Shown here one piece after another: positions 29,890 to 38,672 of a DNA stretch of 64,000 nucleotides. The stretch spans positions 33,652 to 97,651 of the forward strand of contig JBDGUI010000007.1 of NCBI GenBank assembly GCA_042216015.1. Direction: 5' to 3'. Source of the DNA: Halodesulfurarchaeum sp. (lineage in GTDB: Archaea > Halobacteriota > Halobacteria > Halobacteriales > Halobacteriaceae). A program made the position numbers and the translations under genes. Position 1 is the stretch's first letter, and every line of letters starts with the position of its first letter. Under the pieces are notes generated by a model. It was not told the origin of the DNA. It did not search any database and worked only from the letters and a program-made list of their open reading frames with translations.

Positions 29890-31005
29890 ATGACTGAGTC
29901 ACTGCGGAAGCGTTCGATGACTGTCGTTTCGATGTGTGTCATCGGGCTCTTGCTCACAGCGACCTTTCTGCCGATGGCGGCTGTGAACGTTGCAGGACAG
30001 ACGGCACAGCCAGAGGCGGACAACACAGTCACTCGGATTAATGTCTATCCGAATGGGTCGGCGCAGTGGACGATCCAGATTCGAACCCGACTGGACACCG
30101 ACGACCGCGTCGCCGAGTACGAAGCGTTCCAGAAGCGATTCAGAGAGAACACCTCGCGGTATCTCGACCCGTTTCGCCAGCGGATGCAGGGCGTCGTCGC
30201 CAACGCGGCGAACGCAACCGGACGCGAGATGCGTGCCGTGAACTTCACCGCCTCGACGAGCATCCAGGAGGTCCCTCGCCGCTGGGGGCTCGTCACCTAT
30301 CAGTTCATGTGGACGAACTTCGCCGCTCAGCAGAACGAGACGCTCGCCGTTGGCGATGTTTTCCAGGGCGGCTTCTTCCTGGCAGCGAATGATTCGCTCG
30401 AGATCGAGGCTCCGACTGAGTACGAAATCAGTCGTGTGGAACCGACGCCCGACAGCCGGGACGATGGGGTCGTGACGTGGGTCGGTCGCGAGGACTTCGC
30501 CAACCGCCACCCTCGCGTGGTATTCAACCCCACTACAGAGTCGCAGCAGCCCGGTGAGCAGTCACCAACACCCGACGGAGCGACATCGTCGCCATTCGGC
30601 CGTATCGGGCTGGGAGCTGTCTTGGGGGGAGTACTCCTGTTGACCCTCGTCGGCATCGGTGCGTACATCGGCTGGCGCCGACGCACCGATTCTGGCGGCA
30701 CGGAACACCCTGCGTCAACAAGCGCGAACGTAAATCAGGATAGTCCGGCGCAGGCACCGACAGGCGAGGATGCGCCGGGGGATGACACGTCGGCAGGCGG
30801 GGCGGTCATGACCGATCCCGAGCGCGTCCAGGCACTGCTCGAAGCGAACGGTGGGCGCATGCGACAGGCCTCCATCGCCGACGAATTTGACTGGTCGGCC
30901 TCGAAAACGTCACGCGTCATCGGGAACATGGTCGACGAGGGAACGATCGAGAAACTCCAGCTGGGCCGCGAGAACCTGATCGAGATCGCCGACGCTGATG
31001 AGTGA
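29890..31005 (+). CDS. Membrane-spanning regulator: signal peptide, ectodomain, TM helix, cytoplasmic winged HTH
   Basis: TM GAVLGGVLLLTLVGIGAYIGW-RRR; C-terminal GGRMRQASIADEFDWSASKTSRV...GRENLI; alternative start 29917. Confidence 0.85.
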   Translation: MTESLRKRSMTVVSMCVIGLLLTATFLPMAAVNVAGQTAQPEADNTVTRINVYPNGSAQWTIQIRTRLDTDDRVAEYEAFQKRFRENTSRYLDPFRQRMQGVVANAANATGREMRAVNFTASTSIQEVPRRWGLVTYQFMWTNFAAQQNETLAVGDVFQGGFFLAANDSLEIEAPTEYEISRVEPTPDSRDDGVVTWVGREDFANRHPRVVFNPTTESQQPGEQSPTPDGATSSPFGRIGLGAVLGGVLLLTLVGIGAYIGWRRRTDSGGTEHPASTSANVNQDSPAQAPTGEDAPGDDTSAGGAVMTDPERVQALLEANGGRMRQASIADEFDWSASKTSRVIGNMVDEGTIEKLQLGRENLIEIADADE

Positions 31006-31066
31006 CTATATGGGGATCCAACCACATCAACCGGGCCGAGTGGGATCGGAATAAAACGATACTGCT

Positions 31067-31095
31067 GTGCTGCACTCAGACCGTGAATGCAGCAC
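31067..31095. repeat. 29-bp palindromic site 3
   Basis: GTGCTGCACTC-AGACCGT-GAATGCAGCAC (11-7-11). Confidence 0.65.
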
Positions 31096-31189
31096 ATACA
31101 ACCGCAGACCTAATTGATTCCTCGTCTCGACACGTGATAGTGTTAGTCCCGAAATGCTATTACCTGTTCTACGATTTGATTCAGGTACT

Positions 31190-31243
31190 GGGCAATGGAG
31201 TCTGCCTGATCCAACCGCCGAGACCGTCGGCTGATGACTCCTC
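31190..31243 (+). ncRNA. Fluoride riboswitch (crcB motif)
   Basis: GGCAATGGAGTCTGCC...AACCGCC...GGCTGATGACTCCT: stem GGCA/TGCC, stem GCCGA/TCGGC, pseudoknot GGAGTC/GACTCC; ends 16 nt upstream of crcB. Confidence 0.9.
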
Positions 31244-31259
31244 TTCGAGTGATTCAATC

Positions 31260-31652
31260 ATGTCAGACGGAGTTTCGCACCCAATCGCCCGAGTGGAGTC
31301 GGTAGCGCTGATCGCAATCGGTGGCTTTGCCGGATCGAATTTTCGGTATCTCGTTGGCTTCATTCTTCCAGGCATGCCTGGAACTCTCCTGGCGAATGCC
31401 ATCGGGAGCTTTGCGCTCGGGTTCATCCTCTATGAACGAATCTACACAGGCATCATGGCATCCCAGACCCGGATCGCGGTCGCCACGGGCTTCCTCTCGT
31501 CCCTTACTACGTATTCCACCTTCGCGGTCGAATCCGGGCTTGCCGATCCAACGTGGATGGTGACAAACATCGTGGCGAACTACTCGCTCGGGTTCCTCAG
31601 CATCGTGGCCGGTCGTGAACTGGTGCGACATACCCAACGGCGGTGGTCGTGA
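31260..31652 (+). CDS. crcB: Fluoride channel Fluc/CrcB, subunit 1
   Basis: GGFAGSNFRY, GTLLANAIGSF, TGFLSSLTTYSTF; ATG at 31260. Confidence 0.9.
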   Translation: MSDGVSHPIARVESVALIAIGGFAGSNFRYLVGFILPGMPGTLLANAIGSFALGFILYERIYTGIMASQTRIAVATGFLSSLTTYSTFAVESGLADPTWMVTNIVANYSLGFLSIVAGRELVRHTQRRWS

Positions 31653-32017
31653 TGGTGGCACTGGATCCAGCCCATATCGTCGGTCTCGGTGGGGCCGTGG
31701 GTGCGATTCTTCGTCAGTGGGTCAGTCAGCGGGTGGACATCGAAGGCTATCCGACGGGCACATTCACCGTGAACGTTATCGGGACGTTCCTGTTGGGGAC
31801 TATCACGTTCCTCGGCGTCGATTCGACGGTTTCGTGGTTCTTCGGCGTCGGTCTTTGTGGGTCCTTTACCACGTTCTCGTCATTCTCCTTCGAGACGGTC
31901 AGGCTCTGGGAGACCGAGGAACGATGGCGGGCTGTGATGAACTCGTTCGGGAATCTCCTTGGGGCGGGCCTTGCAATAGGATTGTCCTGGTTACTCGTTC
32001 AGGCTCTCGCCGGGTGA
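31652..32017 (+). CDS. crcB: Fluoride channel Fluc/CrcB, subunit 2
   Basis: GGAVGAILR, GTFTVNVIG, GLCGSFTTFSSF; start overlaps the upstream stop (TGATG). Confidence 0.92.
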   Translation: MVALDPAHIVGLGGAVGAILRQWVSQRVDIEGYPTGTFTVNVIGTFLLGTITFLGVDSTVSWFFGVGLCGSFTTFSSFSFETVRLWETEERWRAVMNSFGNLLGAGLAIGLSWLLVQALAG

Positions 32018-32455
32018 TCACTCACCCTCTTCGAGTCGAACGATCTGGATCGGGACCGTGGCTCGCCGAATCACGCGTTCGGTAACGCTCCCGACCAAGA
32101 CCCGATTGAGTCCGGTTCGTCCATGGGTGCCCATCACGATGAGATCGATATCGTTCTCGTCGACGTAATCCAGAATCTCTTCGGCTGGGACACCTCGTGC
32201 GATATCCGTCGTGACGTGGACTGACGCCTCCTCTGCCGTTTCGCGAACAGTCCCGAGAGCACGTTCTGCCTCTTCGGTAAATTCGTCCTCGATGGTGAGC
32301 CACTTGGATTCAGGGAGCACGTTGTAGTCCCGCGTGTCGATGACGTAGAGGCCATGGACGGTTCCCCCGGTGAGTTCGGCAAGGTTGACCGCTTCGCTGA
32401 TTGCCCTTGTGGACCCCTCACTCCCGTCGGTGGGGATCAATATATTCCGATACAT
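32018..32455 (-). CDS. Universal stress protein
   Basis: ILIPTDGS, DLIVMGTHGRTG...GSVTERV. Confidence 0.93.
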   Translation of the reverse strand: MYRNILIPTDGSEGSTRAISEAVNLAELTGGTVHGLYVIDTRDYNVLPESKWLTIEDEFTEEAERALGTVRETAEEASVHVTTDIARGVPAEEILDYVDENDIDLIVMGTHGRTGLNRVLVGSVTERVIRRATVPIQIVRLEEGE

Positions 32456-32501
32456 ACGCGATGATACTGTACCGACTGTAATAGTTCGGTAGGACTTGAG
32501 T

Positions 32502-32530
32502 GTGCTGAATTTGCGCTATGTATTCAGCAC
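32502..32530. repeat. 29-bp palindromic site 4
   Basis: GTGCTGAATTT-GCGCTAT-GTATTCAGCAC (11-7-11). Confidence 0.7.
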
Positions 32531-32689
32531 CACACGCATTTTCCTGATTATTGGGATGTCCCTCGGAAATCGGGATCTGAACGTGCCACTATCAACGTCT
32601 CCCTTCATACCGACCCAACCCACCCCGACGCCGGCGACGAAATCCTTACAAGTGGTCTTGGCCTACGCCCAAGTCAGCCTGGTGGTCCC

Positions 32690-35164
32690 GTGGAACTCAT
32701 CATCACCGAGAAGAACAACGCTGCCCGCCGCATCGCGGAGATCCTGAGCGACGGCTCCAGTCGGACCGAGCGCGTCGGCGGGGTCGATGTCTACGCCTGG
32801 GGCACCCACCGCGTGATCGGCCTCGCCGGCCACGTCGTCGGGGTTGACTTCCCCGAGGAGTACTCGGACTGGCGGGACGTTCGACCCGCCGAACTGGTCC
32901 ACGCCCCGATCGAGACCCGGGTCACCAAACCGGACATCGTCTCCTCGCTGAAGCGCCTCGCCCGCGAGGCCGAAAGCGTCGTCATCGCCACCGACTACGA
33001 CCGCGAGGGCGAACTCATCGGGAAGGAGGCCTACGAACTCGTCCGGGAGGTCGACGAGTCGGTCCCGGTCTCCCGGGTCCGCTTCTCCTCGATCACCGAA
33101 AACGAGGTCAAGACGGCCTTTGCGAACCCGGACGACCTCGACTTCGAACTCGCCGCAGCTGGCGAAGCCCGCCAGCGGATAGACCTGCTCTGGGGCGCGG
33201 CGCTCACGCGATTTCTCTCCCTCTCGGCGGGTCAGCGCGGCAAGGACTTCATCAGCGTGGGTCGGGTCCAATCGCCCACGCTCAAGTTGATCGTCGACAA
33301 GGAACGAGAGATCCAGGCCTTCGACCCGACGACCTACTGGGAGCTCTTCGCTGACCTCGAGGGCGGGGACACCACCTTCGAGGCGCAGTACTTCTACGAC
33401 GATGACGGCTCGGAGGCCGAGCGAATCTGGGAGGAGGGTCACGCCACGGCGGCCGAGGGGGACCTCGAACGGAACGGCTCGGTCACGGTAGAGTCGGTCG
33501 ATCGTCGCCGCCGGACCGACGATCCGCCGGCCCCCTTCGCCACGACGCAGTTCATCAAGGCCGCCGGCTCGCTCGGGTTCAACGCCGGTCGGGCGATGAG
33601 CATCGCCGAGGACCTCTACACCGCCGGGTACATTACCTACCCGCGAACGGACAACACGGTATACCCGGACGACCTCGATCCCGCAGAATTGCTCTCGGTC
33701 TTCGAGGGAACGCCCTTCGACGACGCCGCGACGCTCCTGCTCGATCAGGGTGATCTGGAACCCACTCGGGGCGATTCGGAGACGACCGACCATCCACCCA
33801 TCCACCCGACGCCGGACGTGCCGGCCCGCAAGGACCTCTCCGAGGACGAGTGGCAGATCTACGAACTCGTCGCGAGGCGCTTTTTCGCCACGCTTGCGGA
33901 GCCGGCGGTGTGGGAACACCTCCGGGTCGTCGCGGCCGCGGCCGACCGGTGGCTCAAGGCCAATGGCAAGCGCCTGGTCGAGGAGGGTTACCACGCCGTG
34001 TATCCCTACGTCGATACCTCGGAGAACTACGTTCCCGATCTCGAGGAGGGCGTCTCCCTTCGGATCGAGTCGGTCACTCTCGAGGAGAAGGAGACCAAAC
34101 CGCCCCGGCGCTACGGCCAGTCCCGGCTCGTCGAGACGATGGAGAAACTCGGCATCGGGACCAAGAGCACCCGACACAACGTGATCGAGAAGCTCTACGA
34201 TCGGGGCTATCTGGAGGACGATCCGCCTCGACCGACCCAGCTCGCGATGGCGGTCGTGGAGGCGGCCGAGGAGTACGCCGATCTGGTCGTCAGCGAGGAG
34301 ATGACCCGGGAACTCGAGGAGGAGATGACGGCGATCGTCGAGGGGGAGAAGGAACTCGAGGAGGTCACGACCGATTCCCGCGAGGCGCTGGACCGCATCT
34401 TCGACTCCCTGGCCGAATCCCGGGACGCGATCGGGGAGCATCTCCGGGACTCGCTCAAGGCCGACAGGACGCTGGGTCCCTGCCCGGAGTGTGGTTCGGA
34501 CCTCCTGGTTCGGCAGAGTCGCCGGGGATCGTACTTCGTTGGGTGTGACGGCTATCCCGACTGCGAGTTCACCGCCCCGCTGCCAAACCGGGGCGAGCCC
34601 CAGGTCCTCGATGACGTCTGTGAGACACACGACCTCCATCACGTCAAGATGCTCGACGGCCGGAGCACGTTCGTTCACGGTTGTCCGCTCTGCAAGGTCG
34701 AGGACGCCGACGCGGCAGAGGACGAGGTCATTGGGCCCTGTCCGGAGTGTGGCGAGGAACACGGCGGCGAACTCGCCATCAAACACCTCCGGAATGGCTC
34801 ACGGTTGGTCGGGTGCACCCGGTATCCCGACTGCGAGTACGCGGTTCCCCTGCCCCGACGCGGCGACGTCGAGGTGACCGAAGACCGGTGTGCGGAACAC
34901 GATCTCCCGGAACTCCGGATCCTCGACGGCGAGGAGCCGTGGGAGTTCGGCTGTCCGATCTGCAACTACCGTGAGTACGTCGCCGACCGAAACAGCGACC
35001 TCGCCTCGATCGACGGCATCGGGGAGAAGACCAAGGAGAAACTCCAGGCGGCGGGGATCGAGGACGCGAGTGACCTGCTCGAAATCGAACCCGAAGCGGT
35101 GGCCCCCGAGATCGACGGCGTCTCGGCCGATCGGCTCGGCGAGTGGCAGCGAAGTATCGGGTGA
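32690..35164 (+). CDS. topA: DNA topoisomerase I (type IA)
   Basis: LIITEK TOPRIM, ATDYDREGE, SVGRVQSP, GYITYPRTD active Tyr, Zn ribbons, C-terminal HhH-like segment. Confidence 0.97.
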   Translation: MELIITEKNNAARRIAEILSDGSSRTERVGGVDVYAWGTHRVIGLAGHVVGVDFPEEYSDWRDVRPAELVHAPIETRVTKPDIVSSLKRLAREAESVVIATDYDREGELIGKEAYELVREVDESVPVSRVRFSSITENEVKTAFANPDDLDFELAAAGEARQRIDLLWGAALTRFLSLSAGQRGKDFISVGRVQSPTLKLIVDKEREIQAFDPTTYWELFADLEGGDTTFEAQYFYDDDGSEAERIWEEGHATAAEGDLERNGSVTVESVDRRRRTDDPPAPFATTQFIKAAGSLGFNAGRAMSIAEDLYTAGYITYPRTDNTVYPDDLDPAELLSVFEGTPFDDAATLLLDQGDLEPTRGDSETTDHPPIHPTPDVPARKDLSEDEWQIYELVARRFFATLAEPAVWEHLRVVAAAADRWLKANGKRLVEEGYHAVYPYVDTSENYVPDLEEGVSLRIESVTLEEKETKPPRRYGQSRLVETMEKLGIGTKSTRHNVIEKLYDRGYLEDDPPRPTQLAMAVVEAAEEYADLVVSEEMTRELEEEMTAIVEGEKELEEVTTDSREALDRIFDSLAESRDAIGEHLRDSLKADRTLGPCPECGSDLLVRQSRRGSYFVGCDGYPDCEFTAPLPNRGEPQVLDDVCETHDLHHVKMLDGRSTFVHGCPLCKVEDADAAEDEVIGPCPECGEEHGGELAIKHLRNGSRLVGCTRYPDCEYAVPLPRRGDVEVTEDRCAEHDLPELRILDGEEPWEFGCPICNYREYVADRNSDLASIDGIGEKTKEKLQAAGIEDASDLLEIEPEAVAPEIDGVSADRLGEWQRSIG

Positions 35165-35231
35165 GTGTTTCGAGGGACGGGAGATGGCAGCCCCGAGAGT
35201 TTTAACCCGATCCCGGCCCAAAATCCTTCCA

Positions 35232-36524
35232 ATGCGCCTCGACGAGTACATCGAGGGCTTCCAGCCCGACGAGTCCGCACGCCGTCGCCGACTCGCCGAG
35301 GAGAAGTCCTACGAGATTCTGGACTACGTCGAGGGACTCCAGTCCGAACTCCAGTCCTCCATCTCGGGAGGCTCGCTCGTCGGGAGCACCTCACCCTCGG
35401 TGTTCGTCGGTCGCAGTTCCTATCCGAACGTGAACACGGGCATTCTCGCCCCGGTCGGTCAGGAGGAGCATGCCGCGGAGTTTGCCACGAGTGGGAAGTG
35501 GTACCAGCAGGGGCTGGACATCCAGAACGTCCTCCAGTACCGGACGGGCCTGCTCAACTCCCGGCGGTCCTCGAAGGTCGACGTCGAGGACGTGTGGGAC
35601 GGCTTCGTCGGTACACAGCGGGAGGTGGCCATCGCCGACCGGCCGGTCGACGTCGAACTCGGGCTGCAGGACACCCCGAACATCGATCTCGATCGCTACC
35701 GGGAACCGCAGGTAAATGCCCCGAGTGGACCCAACACGACCGCCGAGACGGCCCTTCTGGGGGAGAACCCGCACGTCCCGACCCAGGTGAAAAAGACCCT
35801 CGAGGACGACGACTGGCAGGCCGAGGGCGCGATGACGTATCTCTACCGCCGGGGTCTGGACGTCTACGACATCAACCAGGTCCTCTCGGTCGGGGCGCTC
35901 GGTCGTGGGGAGAACCGCCGACTCGTACCAACCCGCTGGTCGATCACCGCCGTGGACGACACGGTGAGCAAGTTCCTCCGAGGCCGGATTCGAAACGCCC
36001 CCTCCATCGACGAGGTGCAGGTGTTCCTCAACCAGTACATGGGGAACCGGTACTGGGTCGTACTCGCCCCGGGGAAGTGGGAGTACGAACTCGTCGAGAT
36101 GAAATCCCCCGGGAGCATCTGGAATCCGGAACCCGACGGGAACGTGTTCATGTCGAGCGCCTACGAGGGATACGGGGGCCGAACTGGCTACGTCGAGGAG
36201 ACCGCGGGGGCGTATTACGCCGCCCGACTGGGCGTCCTCGAGCACCTCGAATCCATCGGCCGACAGGCCAAGGCGATCGTGTTGCGGGAGGTCTCCGATG
36301 ACTACTGGGCGCCGGTCGGGGTCTGGCAGGTGAGAGAGAGCGTTCGCAACGCCTTCGAGGATGGACCGAATCCCGACCTGGCGGGAGAGCCGGGCGTGGC
36401 CGAGACCTTCGACTCGGCGATTCGACAGATCGTCCCACACCTCCCGGTGAGCCTGGCCGACCTTCGGCGGAAGTCGACCCTGGTCGAGGGGCGACAGGCC
36501 GGCCTGACCGACTTTCGGGGGTGA
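35232..36524 (+). CDS. nreA: DNA repair protein NreA
   Basis: SVFVGRSSYP, RRLVPTRWSITAVD, PVGVWQVRE, C-terminal PIP box QAGLTDF; ATG at 35232. Confidence 0.9.
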   Translation: MRLDEYIEGFQPDESARRRRLAEEKSYEILDYVEGLQSELQSSISGGSLVGSTSPSVFVGRSSYPNVNTGILAPVGQEEHAAEFATSGKWYQQGLDIQNVLQYRTGLLNSRRSSKVDVEDVWDGFVGTQREVAIADRPVDVELGLQDTPNIDLDRYREPQVNAPSGPNTTAETALLGENPHVPTQVKKTLEDDDWQAEGAMTYLYRRGLDVYDINQVLSVGALGRGENRRLVPTRWSITAVDDTVSKFLRGRIRNAPSIDEVQVFLNQYMGNRYWVVLAPGKWEYELVEMKSPGSIWNPEPDGNVFMSSAYEGYGGRTGYVEETAGAYYAARLGVLEHLESIGRQAKAIVLREVSDDYWAPVGVWQVRESVRNAFEDGPNPDLAGEPGVAETFDSAIRQIVPHLPVSLADLRRKSTLVEGRQAGLTDFRG

Positions 36525-36603
36525 TCGAATAGGACCGGCCAAAATCAGGGGCCGAACGTGGGCTGGGAGAAAGACTCTTCGGGCCGGAATCGAACGTGCA
36601 GAC

Positions 36604-37401
36604 ATGGCCGAAGCCGATCGGTGGGCTCCTCGAACTGAGATCGGGGCGGGGTGGAAACGAGCACTTCTCGGGGCCATCCTGGCCGCCGCAATCGGACTCG
36701 GGGTCGCGTTCGTTCTGAGTAGCGTCGCGGTTTTCGCCATCGCACCGGCTGTCGGTCACCGTTCGCTCGTGGTCATCGTGGCGATCGTGTTCGCCACGGG
36801 CTCACTCGGTTTCATCGCCACGGGCCTGGTCTTTCTCGGGCTCCGGAACCGAAGTTTGCGATCGTATCTCGGCCTCCGAGTGCCCGGGTTCGGCGACTTG
36901 CTTTTCACCGCCGGTGGATACGTCGGGGCCCTCGCACTCGTGTTCGGGGTCGGTGTCCTGTTAACGCTATTCCAGATCGAGGCCGAAACGACGAATCAGG
37001 CCGCCGAACTCGGGATGGAGAACCCGGAACTTCTCCTCTGGTTCGTGCCGCTTTCGATCGTCGTGATCGCACCGGGGGAGGAGCTTCTCTTTCGGGGCGT
37101 CGTTCAGGGACGGCTCCGCGAGGCACTCCCCGTCCGGATCGCGGTTCCGTTGGCCGCTGCCATCTTTGCGACCGTCCATTTTTTCGCCCTGACGGGGGCG
37201 GCGAAGGCCCGATTCGTCGCCATTGCGCTGCTCTTTTTCCCGAGTCTCGTCTTCGGGTACGTGTACGAACGCACCCAGAACCTGCTCGTCCCGATCCTCA
37301 TTCACGGGGCGTACAACTCGACGCTCTTTCTGGCGCTCTATCTGACGGTGGCGATGCGTGCAGACGTGCCGGCTGCGCTCTATGTTTCCTCGGCGGTCTG
37401 A
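36604..37401 (+). CDS. CPBP/Abi family intramembrane glutamic protease
   Basis: EELLFRG, FATVH, HGAYN motifs; multi-TM. Confidence 0.9.
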   Translation: MAEADRWAPRTEIGAGWKRALLGAILAAAIGLGVAFVLSSVAVFAIAPAVGHRSLVVIVAIVFATGSLGFIATGLVFLGLRNRSLRSYLGLRVPGFGDLLFTAGGYVGALALVFGVGVLLTLFQIEAETTNQAAELGMENPELLLWFVPLSIVVIAPGEELLFRGVVQGRLREALPVRIAVPLAAAIFATVHFFALTGAAKARFVAIALLFFPSLVFGYVYERTQNLLVPILIHGAYNSTLFLALYLTVAMRADVPAALYVSSAV

Positions 37402-37667
37402 ACGGGGCCGGTCCCGATCACGCCCTCCACGGCCTCCCGGAATGACTGTCTCGTCGGGAAGTAGGTCTCCTCGATCTCCGCGAGGATCTCCGAGAGCTCC
37501 CGTGGCCCCTCTGGGGTTCGGATCGCCGTCCCTCCCTCCTTGCGATCGATCTCGCTCTTCTGGATCGCCCACGTGAGCCGTTCGGCGACCCGGGAAATCG
37601 GGGCTCCCTCGACATCGGGGCCGCTCCCGAGCTCCACGCCTTCTTCCTCCTCAGCGTCTTCGGCCAT
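37380..37667 (-). CDS. Conserved small acidic protein (DUF5789-like)
   Basis: VEGAPISRVAERLTW...IRTPEGP...YFPTRQSF; ATG at 37667. Confidence 0.72.
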   Translation of the reverse strand: MAEDAEEEEGVELGSGPDVEGAPISRVAERLTWAIQKSEIDRKEGGTAIRTPEGPRELSEILAEIEETYFPTRQSFREAVEGVIGTGPVQTAEET

Positions 37668-37772
37668 GGGGGGAATTTTTCCCGGCCGCCGATTCAAGCT
37701 TTCGATGCGGAGGCCGACCTCGCTTGGAATGTCTGACGTACTGTTATGGTCCCGGGTGGTGTAACGCCCAGT

Positions 37773-38663
37773 ATGCCCAGTCTCGGGGAGACCTACGAGC
37801 GTCGGGTCGGTGTCGCGAGCCGCCAGCAGGTTCTCGTTGGGACGGCCCTCTTCGTCGGCGGTGCCGTGCTCGTGGTCGCCGGCATTCTGTTCGCTGGAAC
37901 CGGCCTCCTCGTCGGCAGCGGATGGGGCGTCCTCGAGAGTCGAGAAATCGCCGGAATTCTGGCAGGCGTGGGCGTCCCGGCCGTCTTCGTCGGCATCACC
38001 ACCGTCCTGCCGGGTCAGGGAACCCACCGGATCACAGCGGGCGTGGGGGCCGGTCTGGCGCTCGCTGGCGTCTGGATATTCCAGTCGGCCTATCCCCAGA
38101 ACTGGTACGCGAGTGCCGGCGTCCCGACGAATCAGGTTCTCCTCCTGCTGCTGGTCTACTTCACCGGCGTGTTGATCACCTTCTGGTCGCTCTTCACCGC
38201 GGTCGCGACGTTCAAGACCCGGAACGATCCCGGGGGAACGGTGTCCCTCCAGGTCGGCTCCGAGGGCCCGAAGATCAGGGTCGTCGAGGCCGTACAGACC
38301 GAGTTCCACAACGCGGGGAAGGCGATTAGCAGCGGGCTGGGTGGGATCGGGACCTTCGGTGGCGAGGCCGACACCCCCGATCTCGGTCCCCAGCCACATC
38401 GCCAGGGGTCGGTCTCGGACGGTGGAACCTCCGCCGACGCAGAGATCGTCGAGCCCGAACCATCGGGGCCGGATCATCCCATGCAAACGGGTGACGATGC
38501 GGAGGTGATGGGTCCGGATCGGATCGGGCCCGATGAGTACTGTGGCAATTGTGTCCACTTCGAGTACGAAACGCCCTCGGAGCGGATGGACCCGTACTGC
38601 GGGCTCTACGACGAGCCGATGGACGACATGGAGGCCTGCAAGTGGTGGGAAGGGAGTAGCTGA
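37773..38663 (+). CDS. Membrane protein (about 4 TM) with C-terminal 4-Cys domain
   Basis: Hydrophobic N-half, disordered linker, C-x2-C-x15-C-x12-C-KWW; ATG at 37773. Confidence 0.8.
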   Translation: MPSLGETYERRVGVASRQQVLVGTALFVGGAVLVVAGILFAGTGLLVGSGWGVLESREIAGILAGVGVPAVFVGITTVLPGQGTHRITAGVGAGLALAGVWIFQSAYPQNWYASAGVPTNQVLLLLLVYFTGVLITFWSLFTAVATFKTRNDPGGTVSLQVGSEGPKIRVVEAVQTEFHNAGKAISSGLGGIGTFGGEADTPDLGPQPHRQGSVSDGGTSADAEIVEPEPSGPDHPMQTGDDAEVMGPDRIGPDEYCGNCVHFEYETPSERMDPYCGLYDEPMDDMEACKWWEGSS

Positions 38664-38672
38664 TCGACTGAC

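Larger units (their letters stand above)
26680..32630. mobile_element. Accessory genomic island between gatB and topA (no recombinase gene)
   Basis: AT-richer intergenic DNA, accessory cargo, four related palindromic sites, and three CTAG tetramers that are otherwise rare here; boundaries approximate. Confidence 0.6.

Noticed and set aside
31002..31259. 86-aa N-terminal extension of crcB in the ORF track
   Set aside because: The region holds palindromic site 3, a promoter-like motif and the riboswitch; Fluc similarity begins after ATG 31260.
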